Origin: Candidatus Marinacidobacterium sp.
GTDB lineage: Bacteria; Acidobacteriota; Vicinamibacteria; Marinacidobacterales; Marinacidobacteraceae
NCBI GenBank assembly: GCA_965204755.1
Contig: OZ242011.1
Span: 1,920,001-1,984,000, forward strand
Direction: 5' to 3'
Length of the DNA: 64,000 nucleotides
Shown: positions 27,537-35,995 of the stretch, in pieces
Numbering within the stretch: position 1 is the stretch's first letter
Layout of the letters: the number at the start of each line of letters is the position of its first letter
The notes under the pieces: generated by a model
Database searches by the model: none
Told to the model about the DNA's origin: nothing
Seen by the model: the letters and a program-made list of their open reading frames with translations, nothing else
Program-made: the position numbers and the translations under genes

Positions 27537-27992
27537 TCAGCGGATCGCCGCGAACACGATGACGGCGAGGAAGAGCAGGGAAAAGATGACGGGGAGCGAA
27601 GTCTCGACGACGGTCAGTCGCCAGTAGCGGCGGAAGTCCCGTCCTTCGCGAAGCAGTTCCCATTCGCGTCGGAAGAACTGATACGGCATGGCCTGTTCCA
27701 GTTCTTGGAGCGCCTTGAATTTGCCTGTGTTCAGTTGTCGGTAGGACCGGATGACAACGAACCAAGCCGCAGAGAGAATTACGCCGACGACGCCGAAGAA
27801 GACCATGACGGCGTTCCCGCCCAAGTCCCCGGTTCCGAGGCGCAGAAGCGCCGCCAGAAACACCATGAGGCCGGTGAGCAGGCTCACGAACAGGCGATTC
27901 GCCCTTTCGCGGCGCTGGCTCACCCGATCGGCGAGTTCCGCGTGGAGTCTGTAGATTCCGAACAGTTCATCCGGGCTGTTCTCGGCCATCAC
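27537..27992 (-). CDS. RipA-family (octameric) small membrane protein
   Basis: Y...ADRVSQRR..AN..F, two TM helices, SYRQLNTGKF...ELE..P...EW and LT.VE..LP pattern. Confidence 0.72.
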   Translation of the reverse strand: MMAENSPDELFGIYRLHAELADRVSQRRERANRLFVSLLTGLMVFLAALLRLGTGDLGGNAVMVFFGVVGVILSAAWFVVIRSYRQLNTGKFKALQELEQAMPYQFFRREWELLREGRDFRRYWRLTVVETSLPVIFSLLFLAVIVFAAIR

Positions 27993-28044
27993 GCCAACTC
28001 CCTGAACGCCGGTTTCTGCCGTTGCCGCTCAATCGAACGCCGGC

Positions 28045-28380
28045 TCACCCCTCGGGCGCCGGCGTAGTCCCGGCGTCGTCGGACGGATGCGGCGCGGCGG
28101 TGCGGCCGCCGAAGTAGAAGCCCATCACCGAGCCGCTCAGCGTGGTGAGCGCGGCGATCACTTCACCGAAGTGGTCACCGGCCGGTTCGGATCCGAAGAG
28201 CAGCGCATTGATGGTCGAGCCGACGATGAGAAGCGCCAACATGCTTCGCACCGAGCCTCTCGGCAGCCCGAGGCCTCGGCTGGTTTCGTGCTGCGTTCTG
28301 CCTCGCACCCAGAAGAACAGGGGCAGCATGAAGAGGACGAGGAAGGCCAAGACGATTTCGGCCCACATCAGGTTGTTCAT
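28045..28380 (-). CDS. Small 3-TM hypothetical membrane protein
   Basis: GAGG RBS; LGLPRGSVRSMLALL and VMGFYFGGR motifs. Confidence 0.75.
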   Translation of the reverse strand: MNNLMWAEIVLAFLVLFMLPLFFWVRGRTQHETSRGLGLPRGSVRSMLALLIVGSTINALLFGSEPAGDHFGEVIAALTTLSGSVMGFYFGGRTAAPHPSDDAGTTPAPEG

Positions 28381-28398
28381 CGCGTTCCTCCCCTCGTC

Positions 28399-31300
28399 CT
28401 AGCCGACGAGGATGGGGCCCTTTCGGACCCGTTCCAGCAGGACGACCTCGGTTTCCTTCAACCAGTCCTCGACCGCCGCTTCATCGGCGAGCGTAGCGCG
28501 GCGGAGGGTGACCGCGGCGGGGGCGCGGGTGTCGGGCTGCGGGTCGTTCGGGGGTGCCGGGGGCGTTTCGCCTTCGGGTGTGTTTGCCGTGTCGTCCGCG
28601 GTCGTGGGGGCGGTGGCGCCGCGCGCGGCGGCCAAGGCGTCTGCGGTCCGTTTCGGGACGGCGTCTGTCTCGGCCCGCCAGACGGCCAGCGGGCGGTCGT
28701 CGAGGGTCCGGAGCAGGGTTTCGTCCGTCGCGATGTCGAGAGGCGCGGGGGCGACGAGACCGTAGCGGCGGCGGATTTCTTCCTGTCGGGCGGAATCGAG
28801 GGCCGGCCAGGCGGGGTCGGCGGCGAGAGTGCCGTCCGCCCTGCCGATCGCGTCCGAGAGGGCGCGGTGGAGGCGCGTCAGTTCCCGTCGGAGGGCGTCC
28901 GCCAGTTTCGCGGCGAGCGGTGCGACCGGGTTGGACTCGGCCAGCAGGGATCGCCGGACGAGGATCGTTTCCAGTTCCGGGCCCACTTCCTCGATCACCG
29001 GAAGGCCCGCCGCGCGATTGCGGAGCCGCATCGTCCGGTCCCACTGCTCCCGGCGCGGCCTGATGCGCTCGGCGAGGGCGCTCCACTCCGGCCACAACTG
29101 CCGGAGTTCCTCGAGGTTCTCGTGGACGGCGGCCAGTTGTTCGTTCCCCGTCTTCCGGCCCAGGCCGTCGAGGAGGGCGGAGACCGGCGGCGCCGGGAGC
29201 GGCGGCTCGCCACCGGCGGCGGCGGCCAAGAACTGGAGCGTTGCCAGGAAGTCCGCCGCCCCGCGCTCCTCTTCCCCGGAAGCGACGGAGACGCCGGCCG
29301 TCTGGAAGAGGCCGCGGAGCGCGATCTTCTCCGCGGTCTTGAGGACGACTTGTTCCGGGCGGAAGTTGGTCGTCTTGACCGCCGCTTGGTCGAGTTTGCC
29401 GGGCTGCACCTGTTGGCCGTTGCGCTCCGCCTTCAACCGTCCGGCGTGGAAGAGCGCGATCAGCGCGGCGTCTATCGCGTCCTGGGGCCAGCCGAACGGC
29501 GCGGAGCGCAGTTTCCGGTGGACTTCGGGCCCGCGCGCTCCGGCGCCGACCGTGTTCATGACCTCCTTCGCCACCGGGTGGTCGGCGGTGTCCCGGTCCC
29601 AGTTGACCGGGGCGAAGGGGCGGTCGGACCTCTCCCTGGCGCGTTTCACCGCCGTGCCCCAGTGCGCGTGGTCGCCCTCGTCGAACCGCGGGAACAGGCG
29701 GGCGAGCGACGACCGGGCGCCGGAGGCGATCTTCGCGGCGAGATCGGCCCCGTACACCTCGCTGCCGCCGCCCTGCAGCACCTGCGTATGGCGCAGCAGG
29801 TTGTCCACGATGCCGTCCCGGCCCTTCTCCGCCGCGGCGAGGCGGCTCTTCATGCTGTTGCGCGCCTCGTGCCCTTCCCGCGAGGCCGGGTTGCCGCGAA
29901 GGTCGAGGACGCGCTGCGCGGCCAGCGCCGTCGCGATCCGGGCCTTCAGGTCGTCGGCGTCGCGCCTGGGGATGTGGACATGGAGCGTCGGGTCGTCGGT
30001 TCCGCCCGAACGCGCCTGCCGCGCGAAGTCGCGGTCGGAACACTGCCAGCCGTCGCGCAGCCAGACGAAGACGGCGTTGGCGTCCCCCCCCGAAGGGGCT
30101 TCGGCCGCGAGGTGGAGGACTAGCGAGCGGCGTTCCTTCGAGTCGCCGTGCGGCACGCGGACCTTGCCGAGGGCCTGCTGGACGGCGGCGCGGAAGAGAT
30201 CGTCGCGTTCGGCGGCGATGTCCGCCTCGTTGTTGCGGCACCGCCCTTCGTGCACCCGGAACTCGCGGTCCCACTCGGCGCCCTCGGTGGTCTGGATGCG
30301 GTACTCGCTCTCGACCTTCATCAGGACGCCCTCGTCCGCCAGCGCGTCGAGGGCCGCCGCCGCCCGCTGCCGGAGCGGGCCGGAGTCGGCGTTCAGGTCG
30401 GTGACGAGGAGGTCGGCCAGCGTGGCCACATCGGCCCGGACTCCGGTGTCCACGCCCGGGTTGCGCGGCAACTTGCCGATGAGGAAGACGAGCGCGGCCA
30501 GGTCGCGGCGAAGCGTTCCTTCGTCGGTTCCGTCGTCCAACTTGGTGATCCGCGTGAAGATTTCGTTCAGGAGGACGCCCGACGAGACGAGATCCGCCGA
30601 GACCGCGTGGAACAGGTCGCTCGTGGGAATGACCGCGCCGAGCGGCCGCTCCGCGACCGCGACGAGCGAGTCGTGGAGGATCCGGAGTTGCGAGCGCAAC
30701 TGGCTGTGGACGCCTTCGCCGGCTTCCGCGGCGCGGAGGCAGGCTTCCCAGAAGCGGCGGCGGGTGCTGAGGAGCGGGTAGTCGGTCTGGCGGGTCGCGC
30801 CGTCGCCGGGCTGCGTGGCGAGGCGGGTGTCGCGCAGGTGGCGGGAGACTTCGCCTTCCCGGTCGGCGAACATCCGTTCGATCGCCGGGCCCGCGCTCGG
30901 CTTCTTGCGGAGCAGGACCTCGCGGGTCACCTTCTCCACATCGGCGTCGGTCAACTCGACCTGGATGCGGAACCGGTCGCGGAGTTTCTGGAGCGCCGGC
31001 GTCGCGGAGAGCGCGGATTGGCCGGAGGCGACGAGGCCCACCCGGCCGTCGAATTGGGTCTGGAGGGCTTCGGCCATCTCGGTGAACACCGCGGAGCGTT
31101 CGTCGGAGCCGCCGATGTACTGCTGGGCCTCGTCGAGCACCAGCGCGGTCAAGGGCAGGGTTTCGTCCTTGCTCCCGAAGCAGAGGGCTTTCCGGGCCAG
31201 GGTCACGAACTGCTCGGTGGTGAGGTCTCCGGAGCGCGGCGGGAACTGGGCGTTGATCGCCGTCCGCGCCTGCTTGGCGCCCGATGCGAAGTCGGGGCTC

Positions 31301-31959
31301 GCTTCCAGAAGCGCTTCGGCGATGCGCGTGCTCACATGGAGGTTGTTCAGTTCCTTCGCCCAGGACTTGCCGCGGGATTCGACGCCGGCCCGGACCTTCT
31401 CCAGGAGACCCTGTTCTTCGAGCCAGAAGCAGAACCCCGCCTGCGGGATCCCGGTGGGGAGGCCGCGGGCCCGGAGGAGGATCGAGAGCGCGGCGACGCG
31501 AACCTGCTCGTTTCCGCTGAGCAGGGTTCCCGCGGCGGCGAACAGCGGCTTCCCGGCGCGGCGGGCGCGGGTGTCGAGTTCGGTGAAGTTCGCCTGGATG
31601 TCCTTCGGCAGGCCGCCCGGGACGAGGCTCCGGGCCTTCGCGCCGTCGTCGAACGCCGTGTTCATCCACAGGTGGGTGAGCATCTTCAGCAGGTGCGACT
31701 TGCCGCTGCCGAAGAAGCCGCTGACCCAGGCGGCTTCCTGCCGGCTGCCGCCGAGGTCGGAGAGGAACCGTTCGAGGATGCGCTGCAGGCCGTCGGCGAA
31801 CCGGCCGTCGCAGACGAAGGTCTCCAGTTCGGCGCGGAGGGCGCCTTCGCGGGCTTCGTCCGGGGCGTCGCCGATCCGCGCCTGCCCCTTGTTGGCGAGC
31901 GGGGAGGTGCGCGGGTCCCGCTCGAGGAGTTCGTGGATCTCCGGAGTCTTCGCGGGCAC
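28399..31959 (-). CDS. brxC: BREX P-loop ATPase BrxC (about 1186 aa)
   Basis: ELETFVCDG, WVSGFFGSGKSHLLK, LDEAQQYIG, LRDRF and PFGWPQDAID motifs; GTG at 31959. Confidence 0.95.
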   Translation of the reverse strand: MPAKTPEIHELLERDPRTSPLANKGQARIGDAPDEAREGALRAELETFVCDGRFADGLQRILERFLSDLGGSRQEAAWVSGFFGSGKSHLLKMLTHLWMNTAFDDGAKARSLVPGGLPKDIQANFTELDTRARRAGKPLFAAAGTLLSGNEQVRVAALSILLRARGLPTGIPQAGFCFWLEEQGLLEKVRAGVESRGKSWAKELNNLHVSTRIAEALLEASPDFASGAKQARTAINAQFPPRSGDLTTEQFVTLARKALCFGSKDETLPLTALVLDEAQQYIGGSDERSAVFTEMAEALQTQFDGRVGLVASGQSALSATPALQKLRDRFRIQVELTDADVEKVTREVLLRKKPSAGPAIERMFADREGEVSRHLRDTRLATQPGDGATRQTDYPLLSTRRRFWEACLRAAEAGEGVHSQLRSQLRILHDSLVAVAERPLGAVIPTSDLFHAVSADLVSSGVLLNEIFTRITKLDDGTDEGTLRRDLAALVFLIGKLPRNPGVDTGVRADVATLADLLVTDLNADSGPLRQRAAAALDALADEGVLMKVESEYRIQTTEGAEWDREFRVHEGRCRNNEADIAAERDDLFRAAVQQALGKVRVPHGDSKERRSLVLHLAAEAPSGGDANAVFVWLRDGWQCSDRDFARQARSGGTDDPTLHVHIPRRDADDLKARIATALAAQRVLDLRGNPASREGHEARNSMKSRLAAAEKGRDGIVDNLLRHTQVLQGGGSEVYGADLAAKIASGARSSLARLFPRFDEGDHAHWGTAVKRARERSDRPFAPVNWDRDTADHPVAKEVMNTVGAGARGPEVHRKLRSAPFGWPQDAIDAALIALFHAGRLKAERNGQQVQPGKLDQAAVKTTNFRPEQVVLKTAEKIALRGLFQTAGVSVASGEEERGAADFLATLQFLAAAAGGEPPLPAPPVSALLDGLGRKTGNEQLAAVHENLEELRQLWPEWSALAERIRPRREQWDRTMRLRNRAAGLPVIEEVGPELETILVRRSLLAESNPVAPLAAKLADALRRELTRLHRALSDAIGRADGTLAADPAWPALDSARQEEIRRRYGLVAPAPLDIATDETLLRTLDDRPLAVWRAETDAVPKRTADALAAARGATAPTTADDTANTPEGETPPAPPNDPQPDTRAPAAVTLRRATLADEAAVEDWLKETEVVLLERVRKGPILVG

Positions 31960-31961
31960 GG

Positions 31962-32519
31962 TCAGCCCTCGTCGTGCAGGGTGATGGCCTGCGCCAGGTA
32001 GTTCCAGCCGTCGCGGGCGTTCAGCAGGCGGTAGTTCGTTCCGTCCTTCGCGCCGGGGAAGAAGACGACCAGGCGGCCGCGGATGTCGGGCTCGACCCGG
32101 CGGACCAGGTTGGAGACGCGGAGGAAGCCGTAGAGCGACCCCACCCCGGTGAGGGCGGTCACGCCGTTCTCGTCCGACTTCGCCAGCGCTCGGCCGAGCC
32201 GCTCGGCGGCGTACTCCGGGAACTCCGCTTCCAGTTTGGGCGCGAGGAGTTCCGGCTGCTCGAACCACGCTTCGCGGTAGTCCTCGTCTTCGGCGGCGAG
32301 CCAGTCGGCGAACCAGGAGGTGGAGTCGGTCTGCGTCCAGCCGTGCTCGGCGGCCTCGGTCACTCGCCGGAACTCGTCGATCCGCGCCCGGAGCATCCGC
32401 TCGCGTTTCTCCGGGTACACCACGAAGACCACCCGCTGCGCCCCGGCGAGCGAGTGCGGCCACGGGGAGAGCACATGGCGCTGGTATCTGTCGACGAGTT
32501 CCTCCACCTGGTTCTTCAT
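31962..32519 (-). CDS. brxB: BREX protein BrxB (DUF1788)
   Basis: FVVYP..ER.LR, GSLYGFLRVS, GRLVVFFPG and YRLLNARDGWNYLA motifs; ATGA coupling with brxA. Confidence 0.92.
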   Translation of the reverse strand: MKNQVEELVDRYQRHVLSPWPHSLAGAQRVVFVVYPEKRERMLRARIDEFRRVTEAAEHGWTQTDSTSWFADWLAAEDEDYREAWFEQPELLAPKLEAEFPEYAAERLGRALAKSDENGVTALTGVGSLYGFLRVSNLVRRVEPDIRGRLVVFFPGAKDGTNYRLLNARDGWNYLAQAITLHDEG

Positions 32520-33343
32520 CGCGCCGCCTCCCGCGGGTCGAGCCGGTCCGCGCGGATTTCCAGCACGCCGCCGCTGCGGCGGATCTCGAGCAGGCCCAGC
32601 CGGACGGCCTCGGTCGCGGCTTCGAGCAGTTGGTTCGGGTTCCGGTCCAGCACCCGCGCCCAGCGGCTCTCGAGCAGCGCGCGGCCGCCGTCGCCTTCCC
32701 GTTCGCCCAGCCAGACCGCGAAGGCGAGCGCGCCCGGGGTCGGCGCCACCCGTCGGCGGATCTTCCGGACGCGCCCTTCGAGGTGGCCGGACTGCGACCA
32801 GGAACTGGCGGCGTTGCGGGCCACCTTGTCGAGCACCGCGTCGTTGAAGCGGTCGCCGGTTCCGGCGCGGATCGCTTCGAGGAAGGGGCCGCGGACCAGT
32901 TCCGCCCCGACCGGCAGCGGGAGGACGGCGGGGGCGGTGGCGCGGAGCACCGGGTCGCGGGCGAGCGCGGCGAGCAGGGCCAGCAGGGGGCGGCCCGGTT
33001 CGTCCGTGTTCCACAGCCGCCGGAGGACGCGGAAGATCGGGAAGCGCGGGTCGCAGCCGTACATCTCCCGGAGGTGCTGGCGGGAGTGGCGGCGGGACGC
33101 GGCGGTGGGCTTGCCGAGGGCGTTCTCGGCGAGCACCGCTTCGGTGTAGGCCGCCGCCGGCGCGTCCTCCGGGATGGCGCCGAGCAGTTCCCCGAGTTCC
33201 GCGAGCATGATCGTCCGGCTGCTGTGCGAGCCCCGGTCGCCGAACCGGAACCCGGCCCGCTCGGCGGCGGGTGCTCCCTCCGCGCGCTCGCCCCGGTGGG
33301 CGGGGGTCGTCCGGGCGGCGGGCGCGGCTGCGGGAGCGGGCAT
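32516..33343 (-). CDS. brxA: BREX protein BrxA-like
   Basis: HSSRTIML.EL, ENALGKPT, ARDPVLR and SSWSQSGHL.GR motifs; first gene of the BREX operon. Confidence 0.8.
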   Translation of the reverse strand: MPAPAAAPAARTTPAHRGERAEGAPAAERAGFRFGDRGSHSSRTIMLAELGELLGAIPEDAPAAAYTEAVLAENALGKPTAASRRHSRQHLREMYGCDPRFPIFRVLRRLWNTDEPGRPLLALLAALARDPVLRATAPAVLPLPVGAELVRGPFLEAIRAGTGDRFNDAVLDKVARNAASSWSQSGHLEGRVRKIRRRVAPTPGALAFAVWLGEREGDGGRALLESRWARVLDRNPNQLLEAATEAVRLGLLEIRRSGGVLEIRADRLDPREAAR

Positions 33344-33353
33344 CGAGCCGGGG

Positions 33354-33407
33354 AGGATGGATGACGCCCGTGGGGAAGTCAAGGTTCTACCGGCATACTT
33401 GCCGGTA
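33354..33407 (-). promoter_or_regulatory. Putative sigma70 promoter of the BREX operon with upstream palindrome
   Basis: TTGACT-N17-CATCCT ending 10 nt before the brxA ATG; inverted repeat TACCGGCA-N4-TGCCGGTA at 33388-33407. Confidence 0.5.
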
Positions 33408-33437
33408 AGTAGGGACGAAACCGGCTAGAAGGCCCGG

Positions 33438-34514
33438 CTACCGGAGCGGGGTTCGCCAGGTGGGGCCGGTCGGCGCGCCGCGGGCGATGTGGACCGCGTC
33501 GCGGAGCATGGCGGCCGCGGTCGGGGTGGCGTCGTTCTCGGTGCAGGAGAACCGCTGTGTCCCGTAGATGTCCGTCTCCCATTCCAGCGCCATGTCGCCG
33601 CTGCCGATGCCGCCGAAGAACGAGTCCCGCGGGACGGCGACCGGGCGGACCGAGAGGGCGAACCCGCCGTCCCCCGCCGGCGCCGCCTCGCCGATCAGGC
33701 GGACGACTTCGCCGCTCGCCGGGGTCGGCGCGGCCTCGATCCCGGCGCGCTCCACCTGGTCGAACGACGCGGCCAAGCCCAGCACCGTGCGGGCGATGAT
33801 CGCCAGTTTCATGGCGGTGTCCGTGCCGTCCAGGTCGTTCGTGGGATCCGTCTCCGCGATGCCCCGGCGCTGCGCTTCGGCGACCGCCGCTTCGCGGGTG
33901 TCCCCGGCGGCCAGGCGGTCGAGCACCAGGTTGCTGGTCGCGTTGAACACGCCCCGGACTCGCCCGAACCGCGCCGCCACCAGGTCGCGGGTTCCCGCGT
34001 TCACGATCGGCAGCGCGCCGCAGACGGTGGCGCTCCAGCCGAAGCCGCCTCCCCGGCGCTCGGCCAGGTCGGCGAGTTCGTCGAAGGCGAGGGCCACCGC
34101 CGACTTGTTGGCGAAGACCACCGAGCGGCCGGTCTTGAGCGCCCGCCGCGCCGCCGTCAGGCCGGCGCCGCCGGTGCGCGTTTTCATGGAGGCGGCGTCA
34201 AGCAGGATCGCGCGCGGCCCGGCGTGGACCAGGGCGTCGGCGAAAGAGACCGGCGTCGCGCCGGGGACTTCGCGGAGCGGTGTTCCGGCCTCCTTGCCGG
34301 CGATGAGGTCGGCGGCGGTTACGCCGCTCCCGGGCGAGTCGGGGCCGCGGATCCAACCGGCCCGGTCGCCGCAGGCGACGACCTCGAACGCCACGCCGTA
34401 GCGCCCGGCCAGTTCCTCCCGCTTCGCCGCGAGGATGCGGAGCAGCGCCCGGTGCACATTCCCCAGCCCCAGCAGCAGGAGCGGCCGGGTGGTCACGGCG
34501 CGGGGCCGGGCCAT
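33438..34514 (-). CDS. hom: Homoserine dehydrogenase
   Basis: LGLGNV, ANK, ATVCGALP, GVFNATSN and GIAETDPTNDLDGTDTAMK motifs. Confidence 0.88.
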   Translation of the reverse strand: MARPRAVTTRPLLLLGLGNVHRALLRILAAKREELAGRYGVAFEVVACGDRAGWIRGPDSPGSGVTAADLIAGKEAGTPLREVPGATPVSFADALVHAGPRAILLDAASMKTRTGGAGLTAARRALKTGRSVVFANKSAVALAFDELADLAERRGGGFGWSATVCGALPIVNAGTRDLVAARFGRVRGVFNATSNLVLDRLAAGDTREAAVAEAQRRGIAETDPTNDLDGTDTAMKLAIIARTVLGLAASFDQVERAGIEAAPTPASGEVVRLIGEAAPAGDGGFALSVRPVAVPRDSFFGGIGSGDMALEWETDIYGTQRFSCTENDATPTAAAMLRDAVHIARGAPTGPTWRTPLR

Positions 34515-34551
34515 GGGGCGAGTCCCGGCCGGCGCGGCGACGCCCGCGCGT

Positions 34552-34818
34552 TCAGCCGTCCCGGGTCGCCGGCGACTCGGAGGACGGGGCGATCACCCGG
34601 ATGTCGCGGGCGAGGAAGCCGCCGCGCGCCGGCAGCACCTCGAACTCCACGGTCTGCCCCTCGACCAACTCCGGGGGCCCCGGGACGGCGATGGAACTCG
34701 CCGGCGCCTCCACATCCGGGCCGTCGTCCCGGCGGATGAACCCCCGGCCGGCCTGGGCGTCGTACCACTTCACCACGCCCCGGATGACCCGGCCGGGCTT
34801 CGGCGCGTCCACGCTCAC
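34552..34818 (-). CDS. Cold-shock domain protein (divergent)
   Basis: GVVKWYD...GFI...DG.DV and L.EGQTVEFEV motifs; GTG start overlaps the desaturase stop. Confidence 0.8.
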   Translation of the reverse strand: MSVDAPKPGRVIRGVVKWYDAQAGRGFIRRDDGPDVEAPASSIAVPGPPELVEGQTVEFEVLPARGGFLARDIRVIAPSSESPATRDG

Positions 34819-35939
34819 ACCGCCGCCGGGGCGCGCCAGTCCGTGTGCGGCGCGCGGTTCTCGCCGAACCACAGCCACAGCAGCCGGCCGTAGCCGCTCG
34901 GCCGGGCACCGATCTCGCGGAAGAACGGGGTGAGCGCCCGGTGGAGCGCCCGCAGGTTGTAGAAGGGCACGCGGGGAAAGTAATGGTGTTCGAGGTGGTA
35001 CGCCGACCACAGGAACGCCGCGTCCCAGAATCGGGACGGGCGCATGAGGGTGCCCCACAGCGCCGGGTTCCCCGGGACGATGTCGTAGTGCTGGCCCAGC
35101 CGGTTCAGCGTGAAGGCGGCGGGGAAGACGACGAACACCGGGGCCAGGTACACCCGCCAGGCCGCCTCGGGGCCGCCGGCCGCGAAGATCGCGGCCAGGA
35201 GCAGCAGGTGCCCGGCGACGGTGAGCCGGCGCTCCCGGCGGATGGCGCGGCGGACCGCGTCCGGGTACCCGGCGGACTCGGCGCGGGCCGCCCGGAAGTA
35301 GATGGGGATGAGCGCCGGCGTCAGGTAGAGCGCCTTGAACCAGCGGCGGTTCCGCCTCGGCGAGAGGCGGTGGCGCTTGGGGTCGAGTTCCCCGTCGCCG
35401 AGTTGCGCGTGGTGGTCGAGGTGCCACCGGGTGAACTGGGTGGCGGAGATCCCGCTCCAGAAGGCGTAGAAGTGGCCGAGCGCCCGGTTCCGGCGCGGCC
35501 GGGGCTTGGCGAACACGGTCTCGTGGACCACTTCGTGGAGCATCACCGTGAAGTTGAAGACGGTGAGCCCGACCACCGCGGAGCCGAGCGCGGCGACCCA
35601 GCCGGAGGACGCGCTCCAGGCCAGCGCGCCGCCGCCGACCAGCAGCAGGAGTTGCCGAGCAAGCACGAGGAAGTGCCGAACGGGTTGCCGGCGATGCAGA
35701 CGCCGCAACTCCTCGCGGGGGACGGCGTTCGCCAGCCGCTCCCGGAGGTCCCGGGTGGCGTCGGCCCAGTGCGAGGCGCGCGGTTCGCCGGGCGCCCCTT
35801 CCGCCGCCGCCTCCGGGAAAGCCGCCGCGGCCGGGAAAGCCGCCGCGGCCGGGGAAGCCGCCGCGGCCGGGACAGCCGCCGCGGCCGGGGCCTCCGCCTT
35901 CGCCGCCGCTCCGGTCATGCCGCGCCGCAGTTTATCCAC
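34815..35939 (-). CDS. Membrane fatty acid desaturase family protein (alternative start 35918)
   Basis: Three His boxes HEVVH, HLDHH and HLEHH; TM helices. Confidence 0.9.
   Translation of the reverse strand: MDKLRRGMTGAAAKAEAPAAAAVPAAAASPAAAAFPAAAAFPEAAAEGAPGEPRASHWADATRDLRERLANAVPREELRRLHRRQPVRHFLVLARQLLLLVGGGALAWSASSGWVAALGSAVVGLTVFNFTVMLHEVVHETVFAKPRPRRNRALGHFYAFWSGISATQFTRWHLDHHAQLGDGELDPKRHRLSPRRNRRWFKALYLTPALIPIYFRAARAESAGYPDAVRRAIRRERRLTVAGHLLLLAAIFAAGGPEAAWRVYLAPVFVVFPAAFTLNRLGQHYDIVPGNPALWGTLMRPSRFWDAAFLWSAYHLEHHYFPRVPFYNLRALHRALTPFFREIGARPSGYGRLLWLWFGENRAPHTDWRAPAAV
35803..35892. repeat. 18-bp tandem repeat, 5 imperfect copies (GCCGCCGCGGCCGGGAAA)
   Basis: Read directly; encodes PAAAAx repeats in the desaturase N-terminus. 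Confidence 0.85.
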
Positions 35940-35995
35940 CGCCCGCCGGGGTTCCCGCCGCCCGCCGCGGGGGCCGGTGTACGCTCGGTTCCGCC

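Noticed and set aside
35803-35892. CRISPR-like array
   Set aside because: Contiguous 18-bp units without spacers, in frame within a coding region; no cas genes.
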